A stretch of 62,793 nucleotides of DNA, filler included, from an uncultured bacterium (lineage in GTDB: Bacteria > JAGOEH01), in assembly GCA_964632485.1 (NCBI GenBank). It is 2 parts of 2 records of this genome, joined end to end, with 100 filler letters (N's around TTAATTAATTAA, not from the genome) between each part and the next. Parts side by side here need not be neighbours in the genome. Positions count along the whole stretch, not along the records: positions 31,953 to 62,793 come from CAZWDO010000033.1; 1 more part is not named here. One strand, written 5' to 3'. The position numbers were made by a program, and so were the translations under genes. A model generated the notes under the pieces. That model was not told the origin of the DNA. It searched no databases and saw only the letters and a list, made by a program, of their open reading frames with translations. Each line of letters opens with the position of its first letter. Positions within the stretch are counted from its first letter, which is position 1. Below are positions 37,589 to 48,080 of this stretch, in pieces.

Positions 37589-38380
37589 TTGTCCATGGAA
37601 CCGATGAACTTTAAAACGAATATTGTCGAAGTAACGACGGAAAATCTCAGTAAACATCCCCAGTCGATTTGCTTTATCAATCCCAAACATGAATCGTATC
37701 ACAAAAAGCTCGAGTGGCTCACTGAACAGTTCAAACATGGACTGAAAATCAAACTGCTTTATATCGATATAGAAAAAAGACCCGTAGGGTTCATTGAATA
37801 TGTCCCGGGAGAGTATTGCTGGAGATCTGTCAGCGCATCCGGGTATATGTTTATTCACTGTCTTTGGATCAATGGTAAAAAATATCATCATCATGGACTG
37901 GGTTCTCTTTTAATAGAGGAAGCGGAAAAGGATGCGGCAAACATGCTGGGAGTCGCTGTCGTTGCCAGCAGGAATGCCTTTATGGCTGATAGCGGCATAT
38001 TTTATAAAAACGGTTATAAAACGATCGCAGAGTCCGGCCACGAGCAATTGTTGGCAAAAACGTTCAAGTCGGGTTCGCTTCCCACCATTAACGATTGGCA
38101 AGCCGCATTGAAAACATACAATGGATTGACGATTGTCTATTCAAGACAATGTCCATGGGCCGCCCGGTTTATGGATGAAGTGAAGCCAATCCTTGAAAAG
38201 GAAGGTCTGGAGCCCACTGTTATAGAAATTAAAACAGCAGGTCAGGCGCAGAAAGCGCTCTCATTGTATGGCGTCTTCAATTTGATCTATAATGGAAATC
38301 TATTGGCTGATCGCTATATTTCCACGACACGATTTTTGAATATCCTGAAAAAGGATATCAAGCCCGGAATGAAACTATAA
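37589..38380 (+). CDS. GNAT acetyltransferase with YoaP-like C-terminal domain
   Basis: GFIEYVPGEYCWR, FIHCLW, HGLGSLL and YSRQCPW motifs. Confidence 0.8.
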   Translation: MSMEPMNFKTNIVEVTTENLSKHPQSICFINPKHESYHKKLEWLTEQFKHGLKIKLLYIDIEKRPVGFIEYVPGEYCWRSVSASGYMFIHCLWINGKKYHHHGLGSLLIEEAEKDAANMLGVAVVASRNAFMADSGIFYKNGYKTIAESGHEQLLAKTFKSGSLPTINDWQAALKTYNGLTIVYSRQCPWAARFMDEVKPILEKEGLEPTVIEIKTAGQAQKALSLYGVFNLIYNGNLLADRYISTTRFLNILKKDIKPGMKL

Positions 38381-38486
38381 TGAGTTCTGCTTCAAAGAGA
38401 GACACTTCAACGGAATTTTAACTTTTTTCGATTGTATATGAGGGTCAAACGGAACGGGAATGGTCAGGAAAGCGCTAAGAACGGCT

Positions 38487-40547
38487 TTAGCGGCTGCCGC
38501 TGAATCCAATAGGCTGAGGTGTGCCGGCTTTCAGCCGGGTTTCAGTGCGAAGCTTGGCCAGCATTTTGTCTGCCTGGCGATCACAGCCGTGAAGTTTGAA
38601 TTATTTGGCGACCACGGCGAAATCTCCGGAGCTCAACCCTTGCCAATAACGCAGGTCGGAGGGCGGATCGATCGTGAAGAAATGCCGAAAGGCATAGGCG
38701 AGCTGTTCGTGTTTGAAAAAATCGAAGCGGATCTTGAACGTAAAGCGGCGCAGAGAGGCCTGATCGAGTTGGGAGATCAGGTTGGTGGTGCAGACAAAGG
38801 GCAGGGGGTGCGATTCCATCCAGGTCAGCATCTCGTTCACCATGGTTTTTTCCCATGAACGGAATGCATTCTGGCGTTCCTGAAGAAAGCTGTCGGCCTC
38901 GTCGATAATCAGCATGGCCTGATTTTCCACGGCTTCTTCGAAAGCGCGGGCGATATTCTGTTCCGTTTCGCCGATAAACGGACTGATCATATCCGATGCG
39001 CGTTTGTGCATCGCCGCCAACTGGAGTCGGTTGGCAAGCTCGCGGGCGTAGAGGCTCTTGCCGCTGCCTGCGACTCCATAGAGGCAGAAAGATACAGGGC
39101 TGACGCCGCTGTCGATAATCTGCCGGGTTAGATGCCGGAGATCGATATCGGTATTGGCCAGATTGAAATCGAATGCGGGAAGGGATTGGGGAAGCTTCCC
39201 CGGAGCGCGTCCGTAATTTTGCGCGCGTAACGCGTTACGCAATGTGTGGCGTATATCGGCTATTCCGCCTCTGCTGAGGGAAACTATTTTGATTGTATTG
39301 TCGATATGGGATTGCGCAACGTCATAGGTGTGGACGATTTCGCGGATATCCTCATCTTCCAGGCGCAGGTTATATTTTTTCAAGGCTTTATTCCACAGGC
39401 GCTTGCGTTGCGGGATCGGTAGATTTTTGAATTGCAGGGTATAACTGAATCGTCGGATATAGGCAGTGTCAATATCATGAATGCGATTGGTTATCCAGAT
39501 GGTCGGTACCGGGTTGTTTTCCAGCAGATAATTGGTGAATATCTTGGACCCGGTATGCTTGCTAAAAAGCGAGCGGCCTTCAAAGAAATCCTCGGCTTCA
39601 TCGAAAAGAATGCAGCAGGCGCCGGCATTGGGAGCCAATAGCCTGTGCATCAGGGAGAGGCGCGAGATCCGTTTTTTCCGGTCCGGCTCGTTATCCGTTT
39701 CCAGCTTTTGTCCGTCCGACAGATAAAGTTCCAGCCCCAGGCGTTGGCAGAGTGTTTTAGAGAATTCCGTTTTGCCCGTACCGGGCTCGCCATAAAGCAA
39801 GATGTTGACCCCCGGGCGGCGATTTTGGATCGCATCGTTGAAAATTGTTTCGATGAATCCGATATCCCTCTTCAGATGGCTGAAATCCTCCCATTCGAGG
39901 GTGGCGACTTGGGGTTTGCCCAGCAGTTCGTTGCGTATTTCGCTTTTGTCTTTATAATTGTGGTTAAAAAGCTCGACCATGAAATCGGAAAGTTCGGGTT
40001 CGCCGTCTCGAGGACAAAGGCTGATCAGGCCGTTGCTTACCAGCGGCGATTGAACGGAAAGCAGTTTTTCAATCTTGTTGACCGGCAGTTTGAGAATGGC
40101 CGCGTAAAATCGGGCATCCTTGAGCAATTGTGCCCGATGATTGGAAAACGCATCCATCAGATCGTCCAAAATCAGATGGTGGCGCAGGCGATAGAAAAAC
40201 CCGAGCAGTTTGCCGGCCGTAGCGTCCAACCCGCAGACCGCGGAAAAATTGTCCACTTTTTGCTCGATGCGGCTTTTGGCGGCGCGGCAGGGCTTGCCGC
40301 TCATCCGCATCAAATGATCGATACATTGCCGGATTAGCGATTTGTTCACGTTTCCCTTTCCCCGGGTGTACCGCCCGTGTGAGTTCTCATCCTCAGGGAA
40401 ATTGAATCCGAAGAAATAATTGTGTTCTTCAATCCATTCAATAATTCGTTTGTCGAATTGCCTGTGGATTTTGCGATAGTACGGACTGATCAGGAAATGC
40501 TGGAAATATCCCAGCAGCTTTTTTTCTTCGAAACGATCGTTGATCAA
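38487..40547 (-). CDS. Tandem AAA+ ATPase with an in-frame TAA at 38601-38603 near the C-terminus
   Basis: Two Walker A (GEPGTGKT, GVAGSGKS), two Walker B (FDEAE, IDEAD) and RRF fingers. RBS AAGGAGG. The frame stays open 37 codons past the TAA, to QPIGFSGSR*. Confidence 0.85.
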
Positions 40548-40977
40548 AATTGACCTCCTTCGAAATTGGGTTTCTTTTTTTGGGGATCACTTAATCAATC
40601 CCCGCGCCTTTGTATGTGTCCCTTTATCTCGCGAATCGTCCGCACCGGCGCGCCAGACGAGGTCCGCGCATGCGCCGGATCGGAGAGATGCAATCTTTGA
40701 TTCATCTCTCGGTTTATAATATAAAGAAAATGAAGAAAAGTATACCAAATTTTCAAAGAAAATCAAATTAATTGCTGCAGTCGCATTTTGGCGCGTTTGG
40801 GGAGTGTATTCCGCCAAGCGCCGGTTTTGCGCGGTATGCTTTCCTGTATGGTCCTGTGGGTCGTTCAAATATTCATAGTGTTTCATGATGTATAATATAC
40901 ACATTGTATGCGTCAATCAATGACGTCACTTCAATTCCATTTTTGCCGTTCGAGAGTCGGGAAGCGTCGCTGACGAT

Positions 40978-41100
40978 GTGGATGTTCTGGCCACATTGAT
41001 TGCGCAGAGATCGCGCCTCTCGGCGGTTCGTCTGGCGCTGTCGCATACCGTGGCGGAAGTTCTGGGACTCGATGGATTCAACGAGGATGATTTGTATCGG
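40978..41100 (+). mobile_element. IS1634-like transposase fragment
   Basis: SRLSAVRLA..EVLGLDGFNEDDLY resembles an IS1634-type transposase segment (recognised from memory). Confidence 0.55.
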
Positions 41101-41445
41101 CCGATCAACACTATTCAGATCAATCCGCTGCTGAAGGTTGATAGCATTCGCCCACTTGACGATGATCGATTCTCCAGCGATTTGTCTGCCCTAAATGCTG
41201 AATTCCAGGTGTATATCCGCCGTTACCAATGGCCAAAAGAACGTCTGAATTTTGTATTGGGTATGAAGGACACAATCATTGATCAGGCTCCGGCCATGAA
41301 AATGGACGTGAATTCACTGACGGAGGCGGAAAATGGGGATCATCGCTTCCTCGAAGAATTTCCGATCGTTTTTCCGGTTATTCGGAAACTTATGCACCGG
41401 ATACAGGATGAATTAACAATCATAATGCCAAAATCAAATCGTTAA
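41100..41445 (+). pseudogene. C-terminal fragment of an alpha/beta-hydrolase (YqiA/YcfP-like)
   Basis: INP..LGMKDTIID..GDHRF gives an Asp/His pair. No nucleophile-elbow N-terminus is present. Confidence 0.45.
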
Positions 41446-41488
41446 GAAAAATTCAGTTACAAATTTTTTATTACTAAGGATACTATAT

Positions 41489-41893
41489 ATGGATAAAAAG
41501 GAACTCATTAATTTTGCAAACAAGGAACTTTTTGAAAAAGGAAATTTGGAAATTATCGATGATGTGTTCACAAAAAATTATGTGGCGCATACAGCTAATA
41601 AAAACTATGAAGGGCATGATTTTATAAAAAAATGGTTTAAACAACTTCGAAAAGCATTTCTGAACATTTGTGTAGAAAAAGTAGATTTTTTAGCTCAAGA
41701 GAATAATATTCTTGTATGGCAAAGAACCTTAAAAGGTAAGCATAATATGCAAATGTGGCAGGTAAAACCTTCTGGAAAAAATATCAAATGGAACGAGATG
41801 GTTGTATCGCGTTTTGAACAGAATAAAATTGCGGAAGAATGGGTAACGTCAGAACTAAAAGGCGAGTTGCTTTCTAAACCACCTTTAAAATAA
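41489..41893 (+). CDS. SnoaL-like ester cyclase
   Basis: GNLEIIDDVF..GKH..PSGKNIKW..RFEQNKIAEEW. Confidence 0.85.
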   Translation: MDKKELINFANKELFEKGNLEIIDDVFTKNYVAHTANKNYEGHDFIKKWFKQLRKAFLNICVEKVDFLAQENNILVWQRTLKGKHNMQMWQVKPSGKNIKWNEMVVSRFEQNKIAEEWVTSELKGELLSKPPLK

Positions 41894-42143
41894 TGTTTGT
41901 TTTTCGGAAAGGGGACCGGTCAGGTCTAATCTAATTTTTTTGCAGAAGGGAAAGCATGCGTGGCAAATTTCTTATGTCCGGAGCATTGTTGTATTTTTTT
42001 CTGACATACCTGTTTTATACCGCTCAAGTAATGAAATTCACCCCTGACCCCTCTTTCATCTCTTTTCATGCAAAAATTTTAAGAACTGAAGAAATCCTTT
42101 CCTAATGATTATGAATAAAAAAATAACTGCAGGAGGGCTATAT

Positions 42144-45011
42144 ATGAATAGCGCGCATAAAAAGACAATTCTTCTTGTTGAAGATGAAGCAATAACCGCA
42201 ATGCTTGAAAAAAAACAATTGGAAAATATGGGTTATTCTGTTCACCATGTATCAAATGGCGAGGATGCGATTCAATCTGCATTGAATGAAAACTATAGCT
42301 TAATCCTTATGGATATAGATTTAGGTTTCGGTATTGACGGTACACAAGCCGCTGAACAAATACTGAACCGAAAAGATGTTCCAGTAGTATTTTTATCATC
42401 CCATACCGAACCGGAGATAGTTGAAAAAACCGAAAAGATAACGTCATACGGTTATGTTGTCAAAAATTCCGGGATTGTTGTTCTCGATACCTCAATTAAG
42501 ATGGCATTGAAACTTTTTAACGCCAAAACATTGAACAAGCAGTCCGAGGAGGAACTACGCAAGAGTCATGCCCGTATGCTGGCTGTCTTTGACGGCATTG
42601 AAGAGCCGATTTATGTTAGCGACCCGGAGACTTTTGAAATACTCTTTGTCAACCGCATCTTAGAGAACATTTTTGGAGAACCGGGCAATCGCAGGTGTTA
42701 TGAGTATTTACAAGGACGGAACTCCCCTTGCCCGTTTTGTACTAACGATCTTATCTTTGGCGAAAACCTGGGACTTACCCACCTCTGGGAGTTCCGGAAT
42801 GAATCGAATGGCCGCTTGTATAAGTGCATTGACAGGTCGATTTCCTGGCCAAATGGGCGCAACGTTCGCTATGAGATGGCCGTTGACATTACCGAGCGCA
42901 ACAGAGCAGAAGAACGATTGCAACAATTATCCAGTATTGTCGAACAAGCTGAGGAAATGATCATTTATACAGACTCCGAATTCAATATTAGTTATATGAA
43001 TCCTGCCGCGGAGAGAATAACCGGGTATGCGCTGGACGAGGTCAAGGGGAAAAAGCCCTCTTTATTTTCCGCCGACCCCCAAAACGACGCGCGCCATGAG
43101 CAGTTCTTTGCCCTGTTGCAGGAAGGCTCCATTAATAAGCAGGAATACCTCAATCGCCATAAAAATGGCAGTGAGTACGTTACCCAGGCCAGTATCACCC
43201 CGATTCGGAATGACGATAAAAAGATTATCGGTTACGTTAGTTTCCAGCGCGATACTACCGAGCTTAAAAAAGAGGAAATGTTAATGGCGCAGACTCGTAA
43301 TAACTATGAAACATTTTTCAATACTATCGATGATTTTCTTTTTGTTCTTGATGAACAATGGAATATTATCCATGCCAATTTCGCGGTTATTGATCGTCTC
43401 GGCTATTCCTTTGAAGAACTCCGCGGAAAATCGGCGCTTATGGCGTTTCCGCCCGAACGCCGCAATGAAACCGGACGAATTCTCGGAGCAATAATCAATG
43501 GAAGCGCTGACTTTTGTTTTATTCCCCTTATTACAAAATCGGGTGTTCAGATCCCTGTTGAGACAAGGCTTTCGTTGGGAACTTGGAACGGCAAAGCTGG
43601 GATTTTTGGCGTTTCCAAGGATATTTCGAGGGCGCGATTATCCGAAGAAAAGTTTTCAAAGTTATTTCATATTAATCCTTCCGCCTGTGGTTTGAGCGAC
43701 CTGGAGGATCATACTTACCTCGAAGTAAACGAGGCATTTTGCAAATTGTTTGGGTTTGAAAAAAAGGAAGTTATCGGAAAAAGCGCGGTGGAATTAGGCA
43801 TTATCACCCCTAATGCTAGAAATATCGTAACAGCTAATGCTGATGGTAACGGTAAGATAAAGAACGTTGAAGTCGATTTAAAAGCGAAGAACGGTGATAT
43901 CAAGCATGTTATGCTTTCATCGGAAAATATTTTTGCCCAGGATAAAAAATACCGCTTTACAGTTGTCCATGACATGACGGACCGTAAGCAGTTGGAGACT
44001 TTATGCCGCAAGAATGAAGAAAAGTATCGACTCCTGGTCGAAAACACCCACGACATTATCTATTCACTTACGGCAGATGGGTTTTTTATATTCGTCTCGC
44101 CAGCGTGGTCTCGGTTACTCGGGCATGCAACGGAGAAAGTAGAGGGACACTCTTTTACTGAGTTTGTCCACCCTGATGACCTTCCACCCTGCTTACTTTT
44201 TTTACAAAAGGTGCTCGATACGGGAGAGCGGCAGGAATGTGTCGAATATCGGGTGCGTCATGCGGATGGCCATTGGCTCTGGCATGCCTCGAATGCCAGC
44301 CCGTTTTTCGATGCCCACGGCGCTGTATCGGGTTTCAACGGCATCGCCCGCGATATTACCGAACGCAAGCGAGCTGAGGAGAAAATCCAAAAACAACTCT
44401 CCGAAAAAGAGATACTCCTGCGAGAAGTTCATCATCGCGTGAAAAACAATATAGCAACTATTGAGAGTCTGCTATCTCTGCAAGGGAGTTCAACCGCTCA
44501 TCCTGAAGTAAAAACCGCGCTGAAGGACGCCGTTTCTCGTGTTCAAAGTATGCGTATTCTCTATGATAAGTTATTGTTATCTGATGATTATTATGATATA
44601 TCAATTAAAAGTTATATTGAAAACTTGATTGATTCGCTTCTTGCGGTTTTTGTTTTGAAAAATAATATTGTGATCCATAAACAGATTTCAGAATTTAATA
44701 TTATTTCAAAAAAAGCGATTTCTATCGGAATCATCATCAATGAACTTCTGACCAATGTTTTTAAATATGCATTCAAAGACCGCGACAATGGAGCAATATT
44801 TGTATCGTTAAATAAAACTGAAAACATGGCAACACTCATTATACATGATAATGGTATTGGAATCAACGAAAGAATTTTGGAAAATAAATCGCCCGGCTTT
44901 GGCCTTACCATCGTTAAAATGCTGGTGGAACAATTAAAAGGGACGTGCAGCATTGCAAATGAAAATGGAACGAAGAGTGTTATTCAATTTGAAATAGAAT
45001 TCTGCGGATAA
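42144..45011 (+). CDS. REC-multi-PAS histidine kinase (HisKA_2 type)
   Basis: ILLVEDE..LMDID receiver, about 5 PAS repeats, EVHHRVKNN H-box, NELLTNVFKYAF, DNGIG and GFGL. ATG 42144 follows GGAGG. Confidence 0.92.
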   Translation: MNSAHKKTILLVEDEAITAMLEKKQLENMGYSVHHVSNGEDAIQSALNENYSLILMDIDLGFGIDGTQAAEQILNRKDVPVVFLSSHTEPEIVEKTEKITSYGYVVKNSGIVVLDTSIKMALKLFNAKTLNKQSEEELRKSHARMLAVFDGIEEPIYVSDPETFEILFVNRILENIFGEPGNRRCYEYLQGRNSPCPFCTNDLIFGENLGLTHLWEFRNESNGRLYKCIDRSISWPNGRNVRYEMAVDITERNRAEERLQQLSSIVEQAEEMIIYTDSEFNISYMNPAAERITGYALDEVKGKKPSLFSADPQNDARHEQFFALLQEGSINKQEYLNRHKNGSEYVTQASITPIRNDDKKIIGYVSFQRDTTELKKEEMLMAQTRNNYETFFNTIDDFLFVLDEQWNIIHANFAVIDRLGYSFEELRGKSALMAFPPERRNETGRILGAIINGSADFCFIPLITKSGVQIPVETRLSLGTWNGKAGIFGVSKDISRARLSEEKFSKLFHINPSACGLSDLEDHTYLEVNEAFCKLFGFEKKEVIGKSAVELGIITPNARNIVTANADGNGKIKNVEVDLKAKNGDIKHVMLSSENIFAQDKKYRFTVVHDMTDRKQLETLCRKNEEKYRLLVENTHDIIYSLTADGFFIFVSPAWSRLLGHATEKVEGHSFTEFVHPDDLPPCLLFLQKVLDTGERQECVEYRVRHADGHWLWHASNASPFFDAHGAVSGFNGIARDITERKRAEEKIQKQLSEKEILLREVHHRVKNNIATIESLLSLQGSSTAHPEVKTALKDAVSRVQSMRILYDKLLLSDDYYDISIKSYIENLIDSLLAVFVLKNNIVIHKQISEFNIISKKAISIGIIINELLTNVFKYAFKDRDNGAIFVSLNKTENMATLIIHDNGIGINERILENKSPGFGLTIVKMLVEQLKGTCSIANENGTKSVIQFEIEFCG

Positions 45012-45197
45012 GCGCTTATTCATACCGTACAACAATTTTAACCTTCTTGTAAAGCTTTTCCAAATTTTCGACCCTTTAGATAGTTCAATGGCTCAACCAT
45101 CCCGTGGCAAAACGCCTTAAATTGGCTATCTGAATATGCGCGACATAAACAAAGAGTTCTAAACTCGATTATAGTATTTCCATCCAAAGGAGTTTAA

Positions 45198-46531
45198 ATG
45201 ACCGGATTAACATTTTTAGTACTTTTTTTAATTCTTATGGTTCTGATGGTATTAATTCCCCGTTTAGTTCAACGATTTTATATCCCTTCTATAATTGCGA
45301 TTTTAATTACCGGTATTATCATCGGTCCTAATTTAATGGATTTAGTAAGAAAGCTGAATCATTTACTTGGCAGAGGTTATCCAACAGAACAACTTTATAT
45401 TGTTATCGAGGCAATTGGTCTTTTGGGATTGATTTTTCTTATGTCCCTTGCGGGTATGGAATCTAGTTTAAAGTTAATAAAATCTGAAAAAAAGGCTGTT
45501 ACTATCTTAAGTCTATTAACCTTTCTGATGCCGGCTGTCACAGGATTTTTTGTATATCGGGCCTTCAGACCAATGGAAATAATCGGTCAGTTATTTTACG
45601 CTTCGTTATTTGCGTCGCACTCTGTTGGTATTGTTTTTCCGATAATTAAAGAGCTAAAGGTTGTTAAAACCAGGTTTGGTGTGGCCGTATTGTCTTCCAC
45701 TGTTATAACAGATATTGGAAGCTTGATATTACTTGCCATTTGCGTTCAATTAACAAGGCATAATTCATCTGTTAAAATTATAGAAAGCATTTCATTATTT
45801 GATAAAATTGATATCAATAGTTTAGGGGTTCTGTTTTATCCTGTTTTTATTTTAACGGTATTTATATTTATTTTTCTTTCGCTCTGGTTAGTTCCTAAAC
45901 TTGGCAAGTGGCTGTTCAATAGAATCCATCCTCAAGATGATTCTCGTTTGACTTTTTTCTTGATATCGGTATTAGGAGTTGTAATGATTGGCGAATTGGT
46001 GGGTGTTAGTGTCATTGTTGGCGCATTTATTGCTGGCATGGCCTTGTCCGGATTAAAACCGTTCTATGCGGAAAATGGTTTATTATTTAAGAAAATTGAA
46101 GGCACGGGCTATGGTTTTTTTATCCCATTTATGTTTCTTTCTATTGGCATGAAAACAGATATCCTCGTTTTATTTAATGCCAATGAGAATTTTTACATTA
46201 CATTATGGACGGTTATTGGATTAACTGGCAGTAAGCTATTATCAGGTTGGCTGGCAATGAGATTATCTGGATTCTCTAATCAAAAGGCCGTTCTTGCTGG
46301 TTTAATGACCATCCCACAATTATCGGCGACTTTAGCAGCGGCGACTGTAGGATTAAGCTTAAAAATCATTCCGCTAAATTTTTTAACGCTATTATTGTGT
46401 TATCAGTCATTACAACCATTCCTGTACCGATTTTAGTTAAATTGATGATATCAAAATTGAATATTAAATTTGATCAAGTTGAAGAGAAATTGCTAAACCA
46501 AGAGGAAATATATGATGATGAACTATTATAA
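45198..46531 (+). CDS. Cation:proton antiporter (CPA2/KefB-like), frameshifted at a T6 run near the 3' end
   Basis: GIIIGP, LAGME, GAFIAG and FFIPFMFLSIG motifs. One extra T at 46379-46384 restores NFFNAIIVLSVITTIPVPILVK.. to TAA at 46531. Confidence 0.85.
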
Positions 46532-46644
46532 ACTATTAAGGCTATTTTATATCCGATAAAAATGGAGAGGCGCCAAATTACCGTTAAACCTAAAGCAGGT
46601 TCTATCCGGCTGGCGAAATAACCTGTAAACTGTTTCAGGAGTAG

Positions 46645-47883
46645 TTGATGACGTATTTAATCACGGTAGTTATCATCAGTATGACTATATCCGCATTATG
46701 TTCTTTATTAGAAGCATGTTTATTGAGTATGTCACATGCTGATATCGCTGAAATGGCTTCCAACCGGCCCAAAATGGGTCTCATCTGGAACAATTTTAAG
46801 GGCAATATTCAAAAGCCGATTGCTGTGATTCTAATTGTCAATACAATATCGCACACAATTGGAGCTTCTCTCTCCGGCGCGCAGTTTGACGAGCTTTTCG
46901 GTCCAAAATGGATACTCCTTTTTTCACTCATATTTTCATTTGCCATGATACAATGGACTGAAATATTACCCAAGACAATCGGCGTTAAATACAATAAGAA
47001 CATTGCGATAGTCGGTACAATTCCACTGCGGTTTTTGATCAGATTATTTACTCCGCTGATTAAACTCATTGAGCTGCTGAACAAACCCTTTATTGGCAAA
47101 ACCAGCGAATCAACGAGTGTTGACGCGATTAAAGAAATTTCGCTATTGTCGCAGTACGCATTTTTAAATAATCTGATCAGTAAAGACCAGGAACAAATTA
47201 TTTCCCGCACCATCGGATTGACAAAGAAAAAAGTGAAAGATATTATGATTCCAAAAAAAGAAATGAAAATATTGAACGATCACATGTCGTTGATGGATGC
47301 CCTGATTGAAGCGCATATTCATAATCATACGCGTTATCCATTTGTCAATCATTTAAATTCGAACGAAATTATTGGGTATATCAATTTCAAGGATATTGTA
47401 AGCGCTCTGCAGATCAACCCCGACAATCCATCCTTAAAAGGGATTTCAAGGCCCTTGATGACGTTTTATGAAGACGATAATTTTTCAAAAGTATTTAAGA
47501 AGCTGATTCACACGCATCAACATATTGCAATTGTTAATAACAGGATAGATGAAGTCACGGGTTTGGTAACCCTTGAGGATATCATTGAAGAAATTATTGG
47601 TGAGATCGAAGATGAATACGATCAACTTCCGTCTTATTTCTATCCAATAACAAATACTCGATTTGTCGCCGGAGGTGGCGTACTAATCGGAAAGCTTAAT
47701 GAAAAGCTTCGTGTCAACCTGGCTGATTCTGATTTATCAATTGATGAATGGATTAAAAAACAAAATGGATTTGATCAAAAAACAGGAAATAGATTTGATT
47801 ACAGTGGTATTACTTTTATTATTAAGAAGATTACCAGATCTAAAATTAGTGAATTAATTATTGACAAAAATAATCCCATTTGA
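46645..47883 (+). CDS. CNNM/DUF21-CBS hemolysin-family protein
   Basis: SALCSLLEA, EILPKTIG, HTRYP and GLVTLEDIIEEIIGEIEDEYD motifs. Confidence 0.92.
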   Translation: MMTYLITVVIISMTISALCSLLEACLLSMSHADIAEMASNRPKMGLIWNNFKGNIQKPIAVILIVNTISHTIGASLSGAQFDELFGPKWILLFSLIFSFAMIQWTEILPKTIGVKYNKNIAIVGTIPLRFLIRLFTPLIKLIELLNKPFIGKTSESTSVDAIKEISLLSQYAFLNNLISKDQEQIISRTIGLTKKKVKDIMIPKKEMKILNDHMSLMDALIEAHIHNHTRYPFVNHLNSNEIIGYINFKDIVSALQINPDNPSLKGISRPLMTFYEDDNFSKVFKKLIHTHQHIAIVNNRIDEVTGLVTLEDIIEEIIGEIEDEYDQLPSYFYPITNTRFVAGGGVLIGKLNEKLRVNLADSDLSIDEWIKKQNGFDQKTGNRFDYSGITFIIKKITRSKISELIIDKNNPI

Positions 47884-48080
47884 TAATCAACGTCAAGCGA
47901 CGCCAGCTTCTAATTGGCGATGGGGTTGAATTCAATGCCGCGTGGCTGTTAAATCGAGTCTGGATAACCGCCGTTTCGGTTATATAGCTTCTGAAATTTC
48001 GCGATCATGGGTTCGGATGAACCGGCGCCCATGCCGGTCAATTTTAGCATAAAAAATAATTATAGGAGGAGTAGCGCAAT

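Noticed and set aside
47915-47990. Fluoride riboswitch-like GGCGATGGGGTT
   Set aside because: It lacks the following CGCC pairing and the downstream conserved element, and the adjacent gene is not typical.
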